Positions 63,279 to 64,000 of a DNA stretch of 64,000 nucleotides are shown in pieces (the stretch's first letter is position 1; every line of letters starts with the position of its first letter). The notes under the pieces are model-generated. The model was not told the origin of the DNA. It did no database searches and saw only the letters and a program-made list of their open reading frames with translations. Source of the DNA: Gordius albopunctatus (Eukaryota); contig OZ193910.1 of NCBI GenBank assembly GCA_964276515.1, forward strand, positions 806,001 to 870,000, written 5' to 3'. Position numbers and translations under genes: made by a program.

Positions 63279-64000
63279 GATCTTTTGTATGAAACGAGTG
63301 AAAAATATTTTTCATATTTTGGCCATGGCAATTTCAATTCATCTGCTGATTTTGAATATTCAGAATCTGAAGATGACGACGATATAATATTATGATTGTC
63401 CATATTAACCTATAAATTAAACTATAATTAATAATATCAAACTAATTAACTTTAATCTTATCTTCTTTTGCCCGTTATAGTATGTTAAAAGTATTTTGGA
63501 ATTGGTAATAGGAAACAGGAAAAACAGCTGATTAAAAAATATACTTTTTGTTAAAAATTTGGTATTGACATTAAATAAAAACAAAAAAGGGTTTTTAAAA
63601 TTGAACGAACGTTAAATTTGAACGCGTTCATCAAAAAAGGAATGCGTTCACGTTCAAAGTTCACCAAAAAATAAAAGGACGCCGTTCATGAACGCGTTCA
63701 CTTACAGCACTAATTTATACTAAAAATAGATGGAATCATATTTAAATAGTATTTTTTGATCGAATGATTAAGTTACCTTATCGTCTACGATTATAACCTA
63801 CTAGCAACCTTTGAATCTTCACACTAGGAAAATGTGAAAATTTTCCTTTTTTAAACATTGCCATTTTCTCGACTACTTCAACACTTTTAGTCGAAAATTC
63901 GCGATTTTAATTATTTTTATTTATTTTTGAATTAATTGAAATAGTCGCTATAAGACTTGTTTAAATTTTTAATCAACTAGATTTGATAATGAAAAGGTTA

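Larger units (their letters stand above)
59584..63712 (-). mobile_element. Internally deleted hAT transposon (~1.0 kb of its own sequence) carrying the RTE insertion
   Basis: Termini TAGTGTTGTAA / TTACAGCACTA; perfect 8-bp TSD ATTTATAC (59576-59583, 63713-63720); GAACGCGTTC subterminal repeats; hAT dimerisation domain FPPLKNLFIKYNTPISSSAPVEQVFS...KRSCLSEDNF (59773-60120); putative N-terminal stub at ~63403-63280. Confidence 0.93.

Noticed and set aside
60596..63387. Overlapping and antisense ORFs on the RTE, and similar ones on the Gypsy elements and RhoGEF exons
   Set aside because: They are shadow frames of GC-richer coding sequence with no independent motifs.

Overview
AT-rich eukaryotic (invertebrate-animal-like) genomic DNA with spliced genes and many transposable elements; the species cannot be determined from the window. 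Host genes: the 5' part of exportin-1/CRM1 (minus, 12 exons, first seven introns only 37-44 nt), a 3-exon MSP-domain tail-anchored VAP-like protein, a 6-exon class C GPCR, a multi-exon PLEKHG-type DH-PH RhoGEF, tRNA-Ser(AGA), and three decayed copies of an unidentified acidic orphan gene. Mobile DNA: CRE-clade non-LTR fragments (one with a 38-bp target-site duplication, TSD), a decayed Helitron, two DINE-1/HINE-like elements with internal satellites, two decayed Gypsy elements, several MITEs, and RTE LINEs. The most notable signals are (1) a full-length intact RTE, nested in a hAT element, whose 5' end is a twister ribozyme starting at the predicted cleavage site; (2) a serpin exon fragment inside a HINE-like element; (3) a sharp CpG/GC3/intron-size step inside XPO1; (4) unusual architectures of the VAP-like protein and the GPCR. 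All calls come from manual reading and remembered family motifs; no searches were run, and some boundaries are approximate.
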